Assembly (NCBI RefSeq): GCF_025526975.1
Contig: NW_026515680.1
Location: forward strand, 124,001 to 188,000
DNA from: Fimicolochytrium jonesii
Taxonomy: Eukaryota
Reading direction: 5' to 3'
DNA length: 64,000 nt
Numbering within the stretch: position 1 is the first letter of the stretch; each line of letters opens with the position of its first letter. Positions 36,501-50,488 of this stretch are shown piece by piece. The notes below the pieces were generated by a model. The model worked only from the letters and a program-made list of their open reading frames with translations, was not told the origin of the DNA and made no database searches. The position numbers and the translations under genes are program-made.

Positions 36501-37702
36501 CCCCACCCTGACTTTCCTCCACTTATGAAACAACTCCTTTGACATAACCATCGTCCCCCACCCAGATCCGCTCCCTAACCCTCGATCAAACCTCTTGGAC
36601 CCCCGAACTCATCGCCGTCCTCAAAACCATCGGAAACACCCGCTTCAACTCCATCTGGGAAGCCAGCCTCTCCCCTCCCCCCACCCAATCCACCCCATCA
36701 TCCCCGGTATCACAACCAAACGACACGAAACCAACACCAAAAGACCCCCGCGACGTCAAAGAAGCCTTCATCCGCAACAAATACATTCTGCGGAAATACG
36801 TCGATCGGACAATAACCGAAGACGCGTACGAGTTGCTGGATAGGGGGATAGACACCCGGGATGTGCTGGTGATGCTTAAAGCGGTGGCGTGTGGCGCGAA
36901 TGTCGCTAATGTGCCGAATGAGGGTGCGGTGGTGGTGAGGGCCTTGGGATATCCAGCCGCGCCGGCGCCGCCGCCGCCCCCGAGGGAGAGTTCGATACCT
37001 GTGGGCGGGCGGAATGTAAGCGGTGGGAATCAACCTGTACCGGTGCAGATACCACCGATAAGTATATCGCAGCCGTCGTCGGATAACATGGTCCCGATAC
37101 CCGCAAGCCCGACCAAATCCACTACACCATCAGGATCGTCAGTCGCAGCCCGCTTCAAAGCAGCGGAATTCCTCATCCAAAACGGCGCCGATATCAACGC
37201 TATCAACCATTTCCTCTCGCCGGCCGCTGTACAGGATCCAACACCTTTATCAACAGACAAAAGTGTCGAAGCCGGAGGTAGTGGGGTCGATACGACGACC
37301 CTGGTGGGCAAAGCGGCGATCCACTACGCGGCGATGTTCAGGGATGTGGAGGCGGTGGCCTTTTTGGTGCGGAAGGGGTGTGATGTGTTTATGAAGGTTT
37401 GTTTGTTTCGGGGCGATCATCAAGCTGACATCCCCAAGTGCGGGTGCTAATGTATACATGATTGCTTCCAGGACGCACAAAACAAGCTGCCGATAGACCT
37501 CATCAACGCCAACAGCGTACCCTCCACCGACCCCACACCCTGGGCGACCACAAGCTCATCGTCATCGACTACCACCGGGACAACGATCACAACAACACAA
37601 CAACAGCCGAACGCAAATCTCGCGGCGCTAGCCGCGGAATTGGACGCGGCGCAGATGTGTGAGACGAAGATTAGGGCAGCGATGGAGAAGGGGAGGGGGT
37701 AG
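33571..37702 (+). CDS. BAR-PH-ArfGAP-ankyrin protein (ACAP/Age1-like), multi-exon
   Basis: MGNGSS start; fungal-type N-terminal domain (WHWRY..GGWKNFC); BAR (DDEPAFRHTLETLEKKT); PH (RKGYL..WCVL..RRFSFEL..YQA..WM); ArfGAP CAEC..PEWMSINLGCVICL|ECSGVHRNLGTHITK; ankyrin AIHYAA. Confidence 0.9.
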
Positions 37703-38198
37703 CGTGACTAAGGAGGAGGGCGTGGAAGATGGGGTTCTCGATCCGCACACCTGGACCTTTCATTGAGTGGGTCGCACATGGAAGCTCGGCTATGTGGCCC
37801 GCTCCCTCTGTTGTATCATATGATTTTTGGAACTGTTTATGTTATTAGAGTCCTTTATCGATGACGGTCATTGGTACGAGTTTTCCGCGGTGGGCTTCCT
37901 TGAAGGGCAGGCCCTGTCTCGTACGCTCGGGCTTCAGTGCGTTGCGACTCCGTCTCGTCGACAGGGCTAGGAACGCGTTACAAGCTTGTCGGCAGGGCAG
38001 ACCTGACCCTACTGCCCCAATGGGCAACTTGGTCGCGCGCGTGTTCCGGACATCTCTTGGACAAAAGGCACACTTACCGAACTTGCACTTTCCCCTCTTC
38101 CTCTTCTGAGTGAGAGCCACATGTCCGGCATCTCACACCCCACTCCCAAAGCACTTCACCACAACACATTGTACTCACCACCGCACCCACCGTCCACC

Positions 38199-39043
38199 AT
38201 GTCCCACCTACACGCCCAAATGAGCCCCGCCTTCGAAGAAGGCCACGCGCTGGTCGCCACCCTCCTCGAGAGCCTGAACCCGGCACACGAAACGGCGCTG
38301 ATCCGCAACATCGATAGCCTGAACACCAAAGCGGCCGAAGCGATGGGCGAGGTTGAAGAGAGTATGAAGGGGACGTTACGAGGTAAGCGGTCATCATCTC
38401 CCAATTCCTCCGACTATACTGTAAGTGAACATTGACATGTCGAATTGGGATTATCATCCAGCACTCAGCAAACACCATGCCCACCTGACCGCGTCCACCG
38501 CGCTCCCCAAACCCACCGCAACCACCGAAACCCACAGCGCGCGAATGATCAGCATGGATCGGGCCAAATCCATGCTCGCCAAGCAGGCGGGCGAGCTAGA
38601 CGAGACGATCGAGGGGTTGGAGGCGCAGTTGGCGGAGTTGGAGGGGGAGGTTGAGGGTCTGAGGAGGGAGGAGGAGGACGAGAGGGTTGTGCCGCCCAGT
38701 CGGGAGCAGTATGTTTCTCTTTTTTGGGGGTTTTTTGTTTTGGGCAGCGGGATGCGGGTGTTGATGAGGTTTCTTTTTTGGGTATAGGTTGTTGCTGACG
38801 ATCTTCCGGGGCCTGGGGATCGAGATGCAGAAGGACGCTATGGGGAAGTTTGTCAAGTGTCAAGTTCGTGAGTACCATCTTTGCACACTCGGTCAAACAC
38901 CTCATTCGGGTCCTAACACTTCCCTGATTTAATGTCCGCCAGGCAAACCAAACAGCGCGGAAAAAGATATCTACATCCAGGAGTTTGCAGACAAGTTCTC
39001 GCGATATTACTATGCTAACGTGCTGTGGGATGCTTGTTTTTGA
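38199..39043 (+). CDS. SPC24: Kinetochore Ndc80 complex subunit Spc24
   Basis: Coiled coil followed by LLLTIFRGLGIE and C-terminal DKFSRYYYANVLW; three introns. Confidence 0.8.
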
Positions 39044-39429
39044 GGGGGATCTCATGTTCAGGCCGCTCTTGTAATCTGCACTTGTATTTTGTACAGTATT
39101 TTTTGGGACTATAGACAGTATCTGTTACTCGAGAAAGTAGGACCGAGAAGAGGACAACCCGCTACAGGGGCCAACCGATTGATGATGTTGGGTTCATTGC
39201 CCGTCTGATTTGGGCTTCGTAGAGGCGGGCGGCCCTCCGATGGTGGGTCCTTCTCCCGGTCGAGCGAGGAGAGCGAGGACAGCCATGGACGCCAGTGTGT
39301 TTGCTTATAGCGACCGGTCCTCCCACAACATAGGTTCATTGCTGTGCAGTGGTATCACACTGGGATGGCGAATTGGCGGAAAGAGAAACCAGTAGTAATA
39401 AATGAGCATTTCGAGAGCATTTTAAGCAA

Positions 39430-39502
39430 GCTCGGATAGTTTAGTGGTCATAACGCTGCCTTCACACGGCAGAGGTCCCCAGTTCGATCCTGGGTCCGAG
39501 TA
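39430..39502 (+). tRNA. tRNA-Val (anticodon CAC)
   Basis: Acceptor gctcgga/tccgagt; D-loop tagtttagtggtcataa; anticodon arm ctgcc-ttCACac-ggcag; T-loop gttcgatcc; T-run terminator immediately downstream. Confidence 0.95.
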
Positions 39503-39651
39503 TGTTTTTGTCCCCGTCTGAAGTTGATAGGCACTTTTTTGGCCAACGTTTCCCAGCGACCTAGGATCAGTACACATACGAGATCGTCCCCCCTGCTCAA
39601 CGACAGACTTCCCCCCCCCCCCCCCCCCCACCAGACCTAACCCCGCCCATC

Positions 39652-40265
39652 ATGACAGAAAAGAAACTCAACTTCAACGCCCGGTAAGCCCTTCGCAATC
39701 CCCTCCCCGTCCCTCCCTCGGAAGTCCCAACTCACCGTCCCTCATCCGCAGCCAATCCCTCCAATTCTCCGCGCAAACCCCCAACTTCCTGAAAATGCTC
39801 CAATCAGGCGGTTCCGGGCGTCAAGCACACCCGGATCCCATTCCCAATGACGATAGTGGTCAGGAGGATGGGGATGGGGATGCTGGTGGGCGGGATCGGG
39901 ATGATGAGGCGCCGCAGATTGTGTTGGGGACGGGTGTGAGTGGGGGTGAGGCGGAGCGGTTTTTGGGCAAGACGGGGGCGGGGACGGATGCGGGGACGGC
40001 GAAACGTGGAGCTGGGGAGGACGTGGATGGGGGGGAGGCTGAGGCTGAGGAGGAGGAGGAGGGTACGGCCGATGGGAAACCGCGGTTCAAGAAGCGGCGG
40101 AAGACCGCTGGTCCGACAGGGGGAGGGAAGGGAGCAACGACGGGGGGCACGGCGGCGGTGGGGGATGAGAAACGGGCGCTGGCGAAACAGAAGAAACGGA
40201 GTGCGATGAAACATGTGAAGAGTGTGAAGGATCGGAGGGTGTTGTCGTTTGGGGATGATGAGTGA
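39652..40265 (+). CDS. DUF4604/KIAA1143-like small disordered protein
   Basis: MTEKKLNFNAR|QSLQFSAQTPNFLKML...DDEAPQIV...RVLSFGDDE. Confidence 0.65.
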
Positions 40266-41165
40266 GACGGGGTTTGCCGGCTTGTGGTCACGGAGGTTGG
40301 GCGATACCGAAAAAGGCGCTTGGGGGAGGCCCGCCGAATGAGGACCTCGGTCAATCAACACCTTAAGCCGAACGAGAGGCCTCCCACACACCGGAACTCT
40401 GCGAGACACACACCCACTTACACAACCAACACGTTACTTCCCATCTCAATCCCAAATCCACCTGGCGGAAATGCAGTCTCTGCACGGAATCCTCGATTCG
40501 ACGCGGGACCTTCGCACATCATCCATCGTCCGCATCGGTCAAACCCATCCCACATGAGAAGCCACCGCCTTTGCCGAGTGGTTCAGACAGTGCGGCTGCA
40601 CCCACACGGACGCTGGAAGGGCAGATAGGCCTTGGAATCAGGTGAATGCAGACGAGTGCAATCATACTCAACTACTATGGGACGCTGGGCCTGCAACCTC
40701 CCCGCTTTCGATCGCCTTCTGATCGCAGACATTCATCGCGATTGGCGGTCTGAGGACCGATGCGCCTTTGAGGAGGTGATGAGGTGTGCGATGAGCGGGG
40801 TCGTTGTGTGGTATCCGAGGTAGGATGGTCATATCCTTCCAGGGGAGGCGGGAGGAGGGACATAAAATCGAAACGTTGTCGGTCCAAACCTCACTATGCT
40901 GTGCGAAGAGAGGGCATGGATGCAGAACCGGGGAAAAGAATTCATTTGTCCAGACATACTTTCCACAATTCAAGTGAAAAAGAATAGGAAAAGATGATGA
41001 AATGTGTCTACGATTGGTTCTATCTATTCTTGCTGCAAAAGTAATGCTACCTAAGTGTCCACAATGTAGTTGTGCGTATCTATCTATGTCTGTCGTGAGA
41101 ATTTCTACCCCAAAACCGAATGGTCTATCGATATGCATACAAAACAACCCCGTGACAAAAACTCC

Positions 41166-42577
41166 CTACCCCGACACAGGATACACACTCCCCAACCTCA
41201 ACCCCCTCGGACTCTGAAACTTATGACACTTCAAATTGACCTCCACGCCATCCAAAACTACCTGGTTATCCTCTCCACCCGCCAAAAACACCAGCGTATA
41301 CGTGGCAACCTCCCATTCGGGGCTCGAGCCGATGAAGAAGGTGGAGACGGGCTTGATCTCGCCGTGCCAGCCGAGCTGGAAGGAGAGGATGGAGGAGGAT
41401 TGGGGGGAGGTGTCGTGCCGGCGGGAGCGGGGGGTGATCCAGCCGCGGTAGTCGGCGGCGCCGGAGCGTTCTTGGAGGAGGAATTGGAGCCAGTTGTGGA
41501 AGCCTGGGTGGGGGAGGGAGGTGAGAAATGGGGTGGGGAATGGAGGGAGGGAGGGGTTTGGTGAACTCACCGATGACACCCTGTCCGGAGCGGATCTCGC
41601 CGTGGAACGTGTGTTCGAATGCGGAAGAATCGTCTTTGACTTCACGTTTGTACAGCTGGAGGGAACAGGAGAGGCAGGTTTGAGTCACATTTTAGGGCCT
41701 ACCCGAACCCCACGCAAATACAACGCCAAACTCACATCAAACCAAATACTCTTCACGACCCTCTTAAACTCCGCCTCAGACGCCGGCGCCAATCCCTTCT
41801 TCGCCAACCACTTGTGCGCATACATCATAGGCCCCGTCTTGAAGATCTCGTTGATGAACGCATCCTGTTCCCGCACTTCCTCGGCCGAGTGCACTTCCGC
41901 GGTACCGGCGCGGGCGTTGTAGTTGTTCAGGAGAGCGGTGAAGTGGACGTAGGTAGGGAAACGGGAGAAGAGGGCGGGCGAGACGTTTTTGAAGAGGGGT
42001 TCGGGCGCTTGGTCGGCTGTGCGGTGAAAATGGGAGGAGGAAATGCGTTCGTGAATATCATCTATGACAGGAGATCTCCTCGTTTTCTTCACTCCGTCAA
42101 CCTACTCGTTCCATAAACCTTCGTCTGCGCCTGCAAGTTCAGCTGGAAGTCCCGGCCAGGCACAAGCTTGTTACTGTCCAAATCCCACATCTTTGCGACG
42201 GCGTCCGCAATACTGGCGAGCTCGGCGGAAGTCGGGTCAGCGATGTTTGCGGAGCTAGTCGTAGCCGGTCCGTGAGTTGGCTGCTGCTGATGTTGCGGCT
42301 GCTGCTGTTGGTGGGGTGGCTGCGACCACCATCCCTGCTGCTGCTGCTGCTGGTTGGGTTTCTGCTGTTGCTGTTGCTGCTGCTGCTGGTTGTGTTGGGG
42401 TGGCCCCTGAGCCCACGCACCGCCGGCCTGCTGCTTGTCGGCATTATCCTGCTGCTGCTGCTGCTGCTGTTGTTGTTGTTGTTGTTTCTTGTGTTGGTTG
42501 AGAAAGTGCTTGAAGAGCTTCTTGCCGAGCTTCTTGAGCAGCACGCCAATATCGTGCAATGGGCCGGGGGCGGGCAT
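41166..42577 (-). CDS. ENDOU: Poly(U)-specific endoribonuclease (XendoU/EndoU) with polyQ N-terminus
   Basis: MWDLDSNKL; FTALLNNY; DSSAFEHTFHGE; GFHNWLQFLLQE; KPVSTFFIGSSPEWEVATYT. Confidence 0.93.
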
Positions 42578-42931
42578 GGTGGGTGTGGAGACGGTAGAAC
42601 CTGCTTTCCGTCTGGTTGAGGGGGATAGACGTAGCGCCGAGTGCCTGACCGCAATAATGCCCCAGTGTCCAAGACTCCAAGTGCTGAGCCCTCGTTGGAA
42701 CGCTCAGCTCAGCGGCCTCCGATCCACCACTCCACTCTCTCCACTAATGCAGCGTACGACGGTACGAGGGTGGGCGATCGACTGCGATCCGATCCTTCCG
42801 ACCGCGCGCTGATGAGTCATCCCTCTGCGGATTCTGCCCTGCAACAGTTAAAACTTACTTATACGGGGACTGAACTAGCAGCCCCTCCCCCTTGCTCCCA
42901 CTCTCAATACCCGTTCGATATCACTACGACC

Positions 42932-45051
42932 ATGACAGTCGAAGACGTTCAAGGCGCCCCACAGGCCCGCCCAAAGCGGATAGCTGTCATTGTAAGTGCT
43001 GCGTTCACTCGCTCGGAGAGTTCCCATGGAACGCTCACCATCGCGGATATTCAGGGTTCAGGCATCTCAGGCCTCAGCGCAGCATGGCTCCTCAACAGAG
43101 ACCCCTCCTTCTCCGTAACCCTCTACGAAGCCGGCTCCTACATCGGCGGCCACACCCACACCGTCGACATCCCCACCCTCGACGACCCAGCCAAAACCGT
43201 CCCCGTCGACACCGGCTTCATCGTCTGCAACCCCGTCACCTACCCTAACTTCCTCTCCTTGATGGACGAGCTCGACGTGGCACTCGATAAGACGGATATG
43301 AGCTTCTCGGTCTCGCGCAACAAGGGGGAGTTTGAATGGTGTGGAGATGGATTGAAGGGGGTGTTTTGTAACGCGAAGAATTTGAACCCGTTTGCGGAAG
43401 GGTTTACGGATGGTGGGGTGTGGAGGATGGTTTATGATGTGCTGAGGTTTCATAAGGAGGCAAAGGAAATTGCTAGGGAGGCGGATTTGAAAACGTTCGA
43501 TGAGAGTGGGAAACCCCTGGCGGACATTGCCCAGAAGGACCAAGGTAAGTTTAAGCGAAGGCGACCAAACAGTCGGGATTTTGAGGCGAGCGACGCGACA
43601 CTGTGAGCGACAGCGAACAATGGTTTCTCTCTGCATAATCTTTACTACACTGTGCTCACATCATCCTGCCCACCCATCTCTTTCACTAGTCCACCCACTC
43701 ACAGGCGAAACCCTCGCCGACTTCTTCGCCAAACGCGACTACTCCCGCTTCTTCTACGAAAACTACATCGTGCCCATGACAGCCGCCATCTGGTCCACCC
43801 CCGCCGACATGACATTCGACCAGTTCCCTGTGCTCACGCTGTTCAAGTTCATGCGGAACCATCAATTGCTGCAGATTGGGGGGAGGCCGAAGTGGATGAC
43901 TGTTAACCAGGGAAGGTGCGTTCGCATCTTTTGGTTATCCAAGTTGCGTGAGAAGTGGGCAAGCTGATAAACACGCATCCCTTCCAGCCGAACCTACGTA
44001 AACCGCATCCTCGCCCACCTCCCCGACGTCCGTCTCCAAACCGCCATCACATCCCTCCACCGCGACCTCGCCAACCCCACCTCCCCCAGAATCACATTAA
44101 CGGACAACAAGGGCGCCGTGGAAGTCTTCGACCACGTCATCATCGCGACGCATACGGACCAGGCGCTCAAGATCCTGGGCGAGGAAGCGACGGTGGAGGA
44201 ACGCAAAGTGTTGGGGGGCATCAAGTATGTGAAGAACCGGTTGGTTTTGCATCGGGATGAGGAGGTAACGTCGACGGTCGCCGGTCCCAGCATTCGTTAT
44301 GCCTAGATGGCCTCACACTTTCTTTCACGCAACAGTTAATGCCCAAAACCCGCACGGCCTGGGCAGCCTGGAACTACCTCACCTCCTCCTCCTCCTCCCC
44401 CACCGGGCCCGCGCACTCCCCAACAGTCTGCCTAACCTACTACATGAACACCCTCCAACCGCACCTCACCCAACACGACTGCGGAACCGTCCTCGCCACC
44501 CTGAACCCGCTCTACGAACCGGACGCTCGGAAAGTGTTGGGAGAGTGGGAGTACGAGCACCCGCTGTACAGCCCGCAGACGATTAGGGCGCAGGAGGGGA
44601 TGAACGGTGTTCAGAATGCCGCGGGGGTGGCGTTTGCGGGCGCGTGGACGAATTATGGGTTCCATGAAGGTAAAAAAAAAATCGCATATTCCTTCACTGT
44701 CACTCATACACCAGTTAGCACACTCAAACTCCTCAACTTTTTTTTTGGGCCTTTTTGATAGATGGATGCACGTCAGGCCTCCTGGCAGCCCTCGCCCTCG
44801 GCTGCGCCCCACCCCCTTTCCCCGTGCACTTGAACGGGGGGTATCCGACAACACGGACCACCCTGCCTCCCCCCGCGTGGGCGGCGGCGATGGGTGTCAA
44901 GCCATACGCTCCTGCGCCGCCGGAGGTGCATAAGATGGTCCATCGGGTTAAGGAGACGGGGAAGGGGGTTGGGACGTGGGTGAGGATGGCGGGTGTGGGC
45001 GTGGCGGTTGGGGTGGTGGCGTGGGGGGTTGGGGTCGTGTTTGCGGCGTAG
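42932..45051 (+). CDS. FAD/NAD(P)-binding amine-oxidase-like oxidoreductase (COG2907-type)
   Basis: RIAVI|GSGISGLSAAWLL..YEAGSYIGGHTHTVD..VDTGFIVCNPVTYPNF; PMTAAIWS; AWAAWNY; YEHP; GAWTNYGFHE|DG. Confidence 0.9.
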
Positions 45052-45309
45052 AGGTTCCTGAACCGGTCTTTTAGACTTACTGTAGCAATTATTTTTACCT
45101 TTTCCCACTGTACAATTTTCTCCCTCTCATCTGCATAGTTTTCGATGACATTCTCAATACACGTAGAATGAGGAAAAGGTTCATATACAAGAAGAGAGGT
45201 GCAAAGACAAGGGCTTGCTGACGTCTGCGGGGCATTGCCACAGGACAAAAACAGACACGACAGGATAGACACCCCAATCTCTATGCCGGTCGTGGAACGC
45301 GTGTCGTTG

Positions 45310-45415
45310 GGGGGTTTTCGTAGGTATCCAGGGCACATGAGGCGGGAAGCGGGCTGTTGCAGGGGGTTTTCGTAGGTATCCGGGGCACACAAGGCGGGAA
45401 GGGGGGGCTGTTGCA
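45310..45415 (+). repeat. ~52-bp tandem duplication between convergent genes
   Basis: gggggttttcgtaggtatcc(a/g)gggcaca...ggcgggaag..gggctgttgca x2. Confidence 0.85.
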
Positions 45416-45510
45416 AAGGGAGGTCGAAGCCGGGAAGGGGCGGGGGTAGAATCGTGATCCAAAAATGTAGAGCTTTCGTGTTTTTTGCGGTGGGGCGAGC
45501 GCACATTGCT

Positions 45511-46639
45511 TCACGCCCCAATTTCCTACACACACCAAAGAAACAAGGGCTCAGTTCCATCACCCCGCACCACCCAAAAACCCCACACGAACCCCCCAAC
45601 AACAACCCTCCCACGTAACACATACCATCCCATCATCCCTCCTCCTAGCACTACTAGCATGCGGATGCCCCCCACCACTCTGATCAGCAAACTCGTCATC
45701 GTCCCTATCGCTGCGTTTACGCCGCTGTTGCTGTGCGGTGTATTCCGTCTCGGGGAACATGGACGCGGACCCGTTGGGGTTGATGGACCCGGATTGCGTG
45801 GAGAGGAGGTGGGGGTCGAGTTGGGCCTTCCATATTGGTTCGAATTCCTATATGAATTTGTCCGTACGGTAAGTGCCAAAACCCACTGATGTATGGATCC
45901 ACACCCAGCCCAAGATGTTGGATGCGCGAATGGGAGCGGGAAGATGGATCATTCCGCCCTACCTTCAACTGCAATTTAAACCCCTCCTGCGGATTCATGC
46001 AGAACCTCCGATTCTGCACGACCGCATACGCCTCCTGGAACGCCATCTTCTTCTCCATCATCAGATACGCCACCACGATCGCCGGCGACCGCGACATGCC
46101 CGTGTTGCAGTGCACGAACACTGCGCCCGTGCCGGGTTTGTGAAGGGCGGAGGCGATGAAGGAGCGGCAGGCGGGGAAGTGGGGGATCAGGTTTTGGAGG
46201 GGGGATTCGGAGACTTCGCTAAATCATATAGATGGTGGAGGAAAAAGGGGGTATAATCGTGGTTAGACAACAATTGTCCCCATGATCCTCAATCAGACCC
46301 CAAAAGCACCGCGCTGATTCCCCCCCGGCATACCTACATGACACCATAAACAAAGTCGTCAGGCCACAACACCTTGACCAAATGCCGTTCATTCTGGTCC
46401 CTGATACACAGCATATGCGTGATCCCCTTCGCCTTCAGCATGTCCTTCTTGCGCGCGCACGCGTAAGGTCCGAGCCATAGCCCGGGGATGATCTCTTGGA
46501 TCTCCCACCGCATTTCGTGGCGCCAGTCGTGCGCTTCTGTTAGCGTTGGGGTGTAGACGTCCTGTGGGGAAGAGAGAGGTAAGCGATTTGGGCAGCTTAG
46601 GCATAAACAGCTTCCGGGCTGATCGTGCGGACTTACCAT
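45511..46639 (-). CDS. STYX: STYX-like dual-specificity phosphatase
   Basis: DWRHEMRWEIQEIIPGLWLGPYACA..GITHMLCIRDQNE; VHCNTGMSRS; VQNRRFCMNP..GFKLQLK|EFEPI; last exon inferred. Confidence 0.8.
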
Positions 46640-47242
46640 TGTTGCGCGGGTTCTCTGAAATGTTACAAAGTGCAGCAGTAGAATGAGCCCGTTCGATAGT
46701 TCGCTACAGTGCAGGCCTGAGAGGACCAGAGTCCGCTTCTAAGTTAAGATTCGAGGGTGCGAGATGTAAGATCGGATGGACACTAGGGTGCAGGAATGTC
46801 TGTTGGGCAGCTTTCGGTGCGAGACCCGTGGAATATTCCACCATCGGACCTGAAAAGCTTGAAATCGAGGGAGCAAATCATATGGTTCTTGACATGGCAG
46901 TATACCAAATACGTCGTAGACATTACAGCAAACAGGTCCTTATCGGCTCTGCTTCTATGGCTCACATTATAATGGAAATGCTGGTAGGAAAGGCATCGGC
47001 TCCATAGATTTTTGCCAGACAGGGTAGGAGGCTACGCACCACCGATGCACCTCGGCTCAAGGTCCTTCTCATTCATGTCTGAGGAGCAGGCCAATGTTGC
47101 CCCCTCTGCAATCACGGCTCATTCCAACATCGGAGGTCATCATTGATTCGCCCGTATGAACCCAATGTGATGTGCAAACAAACAAACTGGTATTCGATTA
47201 AACCGACCAAGACGTGCCATACAAATTCCGCTATCCCAACGC

Positions 47243-47867
47243 CTAAAGACTCGCCTTAATCCTCTTCCCCAAGCTCTTCCCCTTAACCTTCTGCAAATAC
47301 GCAGCAGCCTTATCCGGGCCCCCCGCCTTCGCAAACACCTCCTCCAACTGCTGGGCAAGCATCAAATCCCCAACGATCTTGACCCGCTGCGTCGTGTACG
47401 CTTTGATGGCCGGCAGACCGCCTGTTGCGAAGTTAAGGATATCGGCGTCTTCGATCTCGACCAGCACGACGGGGTAGGTGGATTTGGTGAACGCTGGGAG
47501 GGTTGGGCGGGTTTGCGAGATGATGGGCTTTTTGTTGGGGCCGTTGAAGAGGAGGTACCTGAGATTTTCACAAAAGAGGGGTTAGAGGTCGGATTACGGT
47601 GCAATGTTATGAGGCAGCGGCATTCCCAGCCAAACACCCGCAGCCCAGACCCCAAACTCGCATCCAGCCCAACAGCTCAACCTACCATTCATCCCTCTTA
47701 ACTCCCTTCAACAGCACCGTAACAATAAACAACCCCTGCAGATTCTTTGCGAGCGACGGGTCGGCCTCCAATTCACGATGCAGTTCCGGGAACAGGATCT
47801 GCGCGTTGGTGGGCTTGAAGACTTTCGCGGGAAGGAACTCGGCGAGCTTTTCTTTTAGGTCTGACAT
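47243..47867 (-). CDS. SCP2 sterol-binding domain protein
   Basis: VEIEDADILNFATGGLPAIKAYTTQRVKIVGDLMLAQQL; ends in ASL, a possible weak PTS1-like tripeptide. Confidence 0.75.
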
Positions 47868-48468
47868 GATTGAGGCGTGGGAATGGGGATGGAAACGGAG
47901 GCGATGGGTTTGTGATGGGTAGTGGGAATTAAGGACAACTGCTCCGAAAACGAGTTCGAGAACTTGGAGCGGTGTGGGATAGTGAGCACTGAGGAGCGGG
48001 TGTTTTGCGTTTATGTGCGTCCAGACGGTTGGGTTGAGATCAGCAAGTGCAAGTTTGCCCGCAATGTGCAGAGGGGAAGTGTGGCAGGAAAAGTTCCATG
48101 CTATGTGTCACAGGCCCCTGCTGACCTCACGGAATTGCAGCAACTTGCCCATATGGCTTGTGACGCGCGCGCACTCCCACTTAGTCCCACTCCCAAGCCC
48201 GCCACACCACGCCCCTCATACAGAAGTTGTCACACACAACACTACCCACACTACCTCTCAGTACGTTCACAGTTTCATCCATTCTCCCAAAAAAGTTTAA
48301 CATCCCCGCCAAAGCATAAGGGAGGGGGGTATCTATATACAGTCAGCCGCTGTGTGGTGGTTGATCGCGTGGCGTTGCGTGGTGTGCGTCCACGCTCTCC
48401 CAATGTATAGGTTGAGTGTGCATGTATTGGCGCTTCCCGAGAGAACGCAAGGGTAGATGGTGGGATTT

Positions 48469-49804
48469 TCACCGCCGCTTCGGTATCATCGCTGGCGGTT
48501 TCTTTGCTTGTACGGGTATTTGCTACAGACCATCACACAGCGAGTGTAAGCAAATACATGAAAGTGAGATGACCATGACGAGAGGTGATGGATAACATAC
48601 CCGACGAATAAGACTCAAATCCGCCAACGCCACCTCATCCGGCGTAAGGACAATGATGCCCGGCAGAGCCTGTATCTTCCGCCTCTTCTCCTTCTTTTCT
48701 TCCGGGTTTTTGGCGGCGTGCGAACGCGTGGCTTTGCGGGTGCCGAGGGTGCGGTGGTCTTCTAGGGTTGTGTCTTGGAGTACTGAATTGGGGGGCAAGT
48801 GTTATAACTCGGCAGATAGGAAATGATAGACGCTTTGGGAAGCTTACTCTGGTTGATGTCAAAGTTGGCCCGGTCGTCGCGTATCTTCCGTTTCTTCTCT
48901 TCTAACGCTTCCAACATCTTCTCCTTCACGGCTTCCTTGTCTCTCTGCAAAAGGGAGAGACCCACGCGTGAGTCAACCTTTCCCATCTCAAAAAAGACAC
49001 ATCGCGCATAAGGCCACCTTGAACTCCGCAATAATAGTATCATGCTCATGTTTATACAGCATCGCCGCGCATTCCATCTGATAATCTCGAAACGACTCTG
49101 CATTCGCCACGGATCGGTGCCGGTCGTCTTCGAGCCGCTTGATGACGTCGTCGAACTCGGGGTGCGTGCCGGATAAGAGTTGTTGTGCTTTTTCTTTGTA
49201 GTCGATGACTTTGTCTGCGAAGATTCTACGAAGAAGGGATATAGTGAGTTTTTGGCACAAAATATCGGGGACCCGCGTAGCATGCACTGTACGTACTTCT
49301 CTTTGTTGTTGACAAAGTCCCTGTTGAGCTTCTCTAGACGATCCATCATTTCCTTGTGCTTTTTCTCTTTCTTCGTCAGTGGTGGTTCTGAAACCATCCC
49401 AAGTGTCACTACTTGCACCTCAAAAAAAGCAAACCGCGAAATATTCGAGACCCACCTTCAAACTCCACCTCCTCACGCCTCCCCATCACCTCCACCGAAC
49501 CCCTCCCAGCCCCAGTCCCAGCCGGCACCGGGGTCGGTTTCTCGATCTTCGCCTTTGGTTTCCTCGCCTTATGGCTCCGCTTCGGTGTCACGACCGGCAC
49601 CACGCTCTCAGACGCATCGGGGTTGGCAACGACGAGTGCCGAGGGTAGACGAGGTGGGTTGACTGGTATGGTGGTTCCGCTGCTGCTGGGTCGCGGGAGG
49701 GGCTGGGTGATGTGGGGGCTGGACATACTGGGTGGCAGGGCGTAGAAGGCCGGTGGGCCGGGGATGGGGTCTTCCCTGGAGTAGGACATTTCGCCGCCGT
49801 TCAT
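48469..49804 (-). CDS. SDS3: Sin3 histone deacetylase complex subunit Sds3-like
   Basis: RLEKLNRDFVNNKEK|IFADKVIDYKEKAQQLLSGTHPEF..; KEKMLEALEEKKRKIRDDR; LTPDEVALADLSLIR; multi-exon. Confidence 0.78.
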
Positions 49805-50488
49805 TTTCCTGCGGCTTTCTTTTGTAGATAACCAGTGCTGAGTTGTGTGTTAGAGGGAGTTTCCGAAGCCGTCTCCCCTTTTCCTTCAGCACACCGGTGT
49901 GTTCCGACCGAAAACGAGACGTCTGGCCGAAGGGCTTCTGTCGCAGAGAGCCGACTGAAGACACAGCGGGGGACGGAGAGAATAATGAGCTCAGCCGAAC
50001 AAACAAGCGAGATTGCAGCAGAGAAACGACGATATGGTCGTTTCGAATAGGCACAGGATATCTCGAGAAAAAAGGGTGGAAAAGAGTGGTTGTGGGAAAT
50101 GGGCACCCCGTAGAAGTGACAGCACAACCCATCATTGCAGTCACGTGGATGATTAAATGCGGGAGCTGCGCGTGTGGAGGGGAGCAACGCATCCATCCGG
50201 ACATCGCTCGCCCCCTGTCGCCAACGTCCTTGTTCCCTCGTTTGTTATCCACAACCTCAAAGGACCCCAACGAAACAGCCTGTCCACTTCTGGCAGTCCG
50301 TCTTCTGTCACAACTGCTCTCTCACACCACTTCCTCAACTTGTAAGTCTCTCCCAGAATGGCTTCAATCGTAGCCCACTCTGTCCGAAGGCCGAGATGTT
50401 CCAGCGCGTCGGAAAAGCCCCATCCCAGATCTAACACGTCTCCCCACCTTCCTTCTCGCGCCCGTTCCCTCAGCAGTCCCAAAAGAGA

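Noticed and set aside
39179..39208. C/D-box snoRNA (tgatga...ctga)
   Set aside because: Boxes are under 30 nt apart and there is no terminal stem.
40284..41147. ORFs between the DUF4604 gene and EndoU
   Set aside because: No recognisable motif; frames interrupted by stops.
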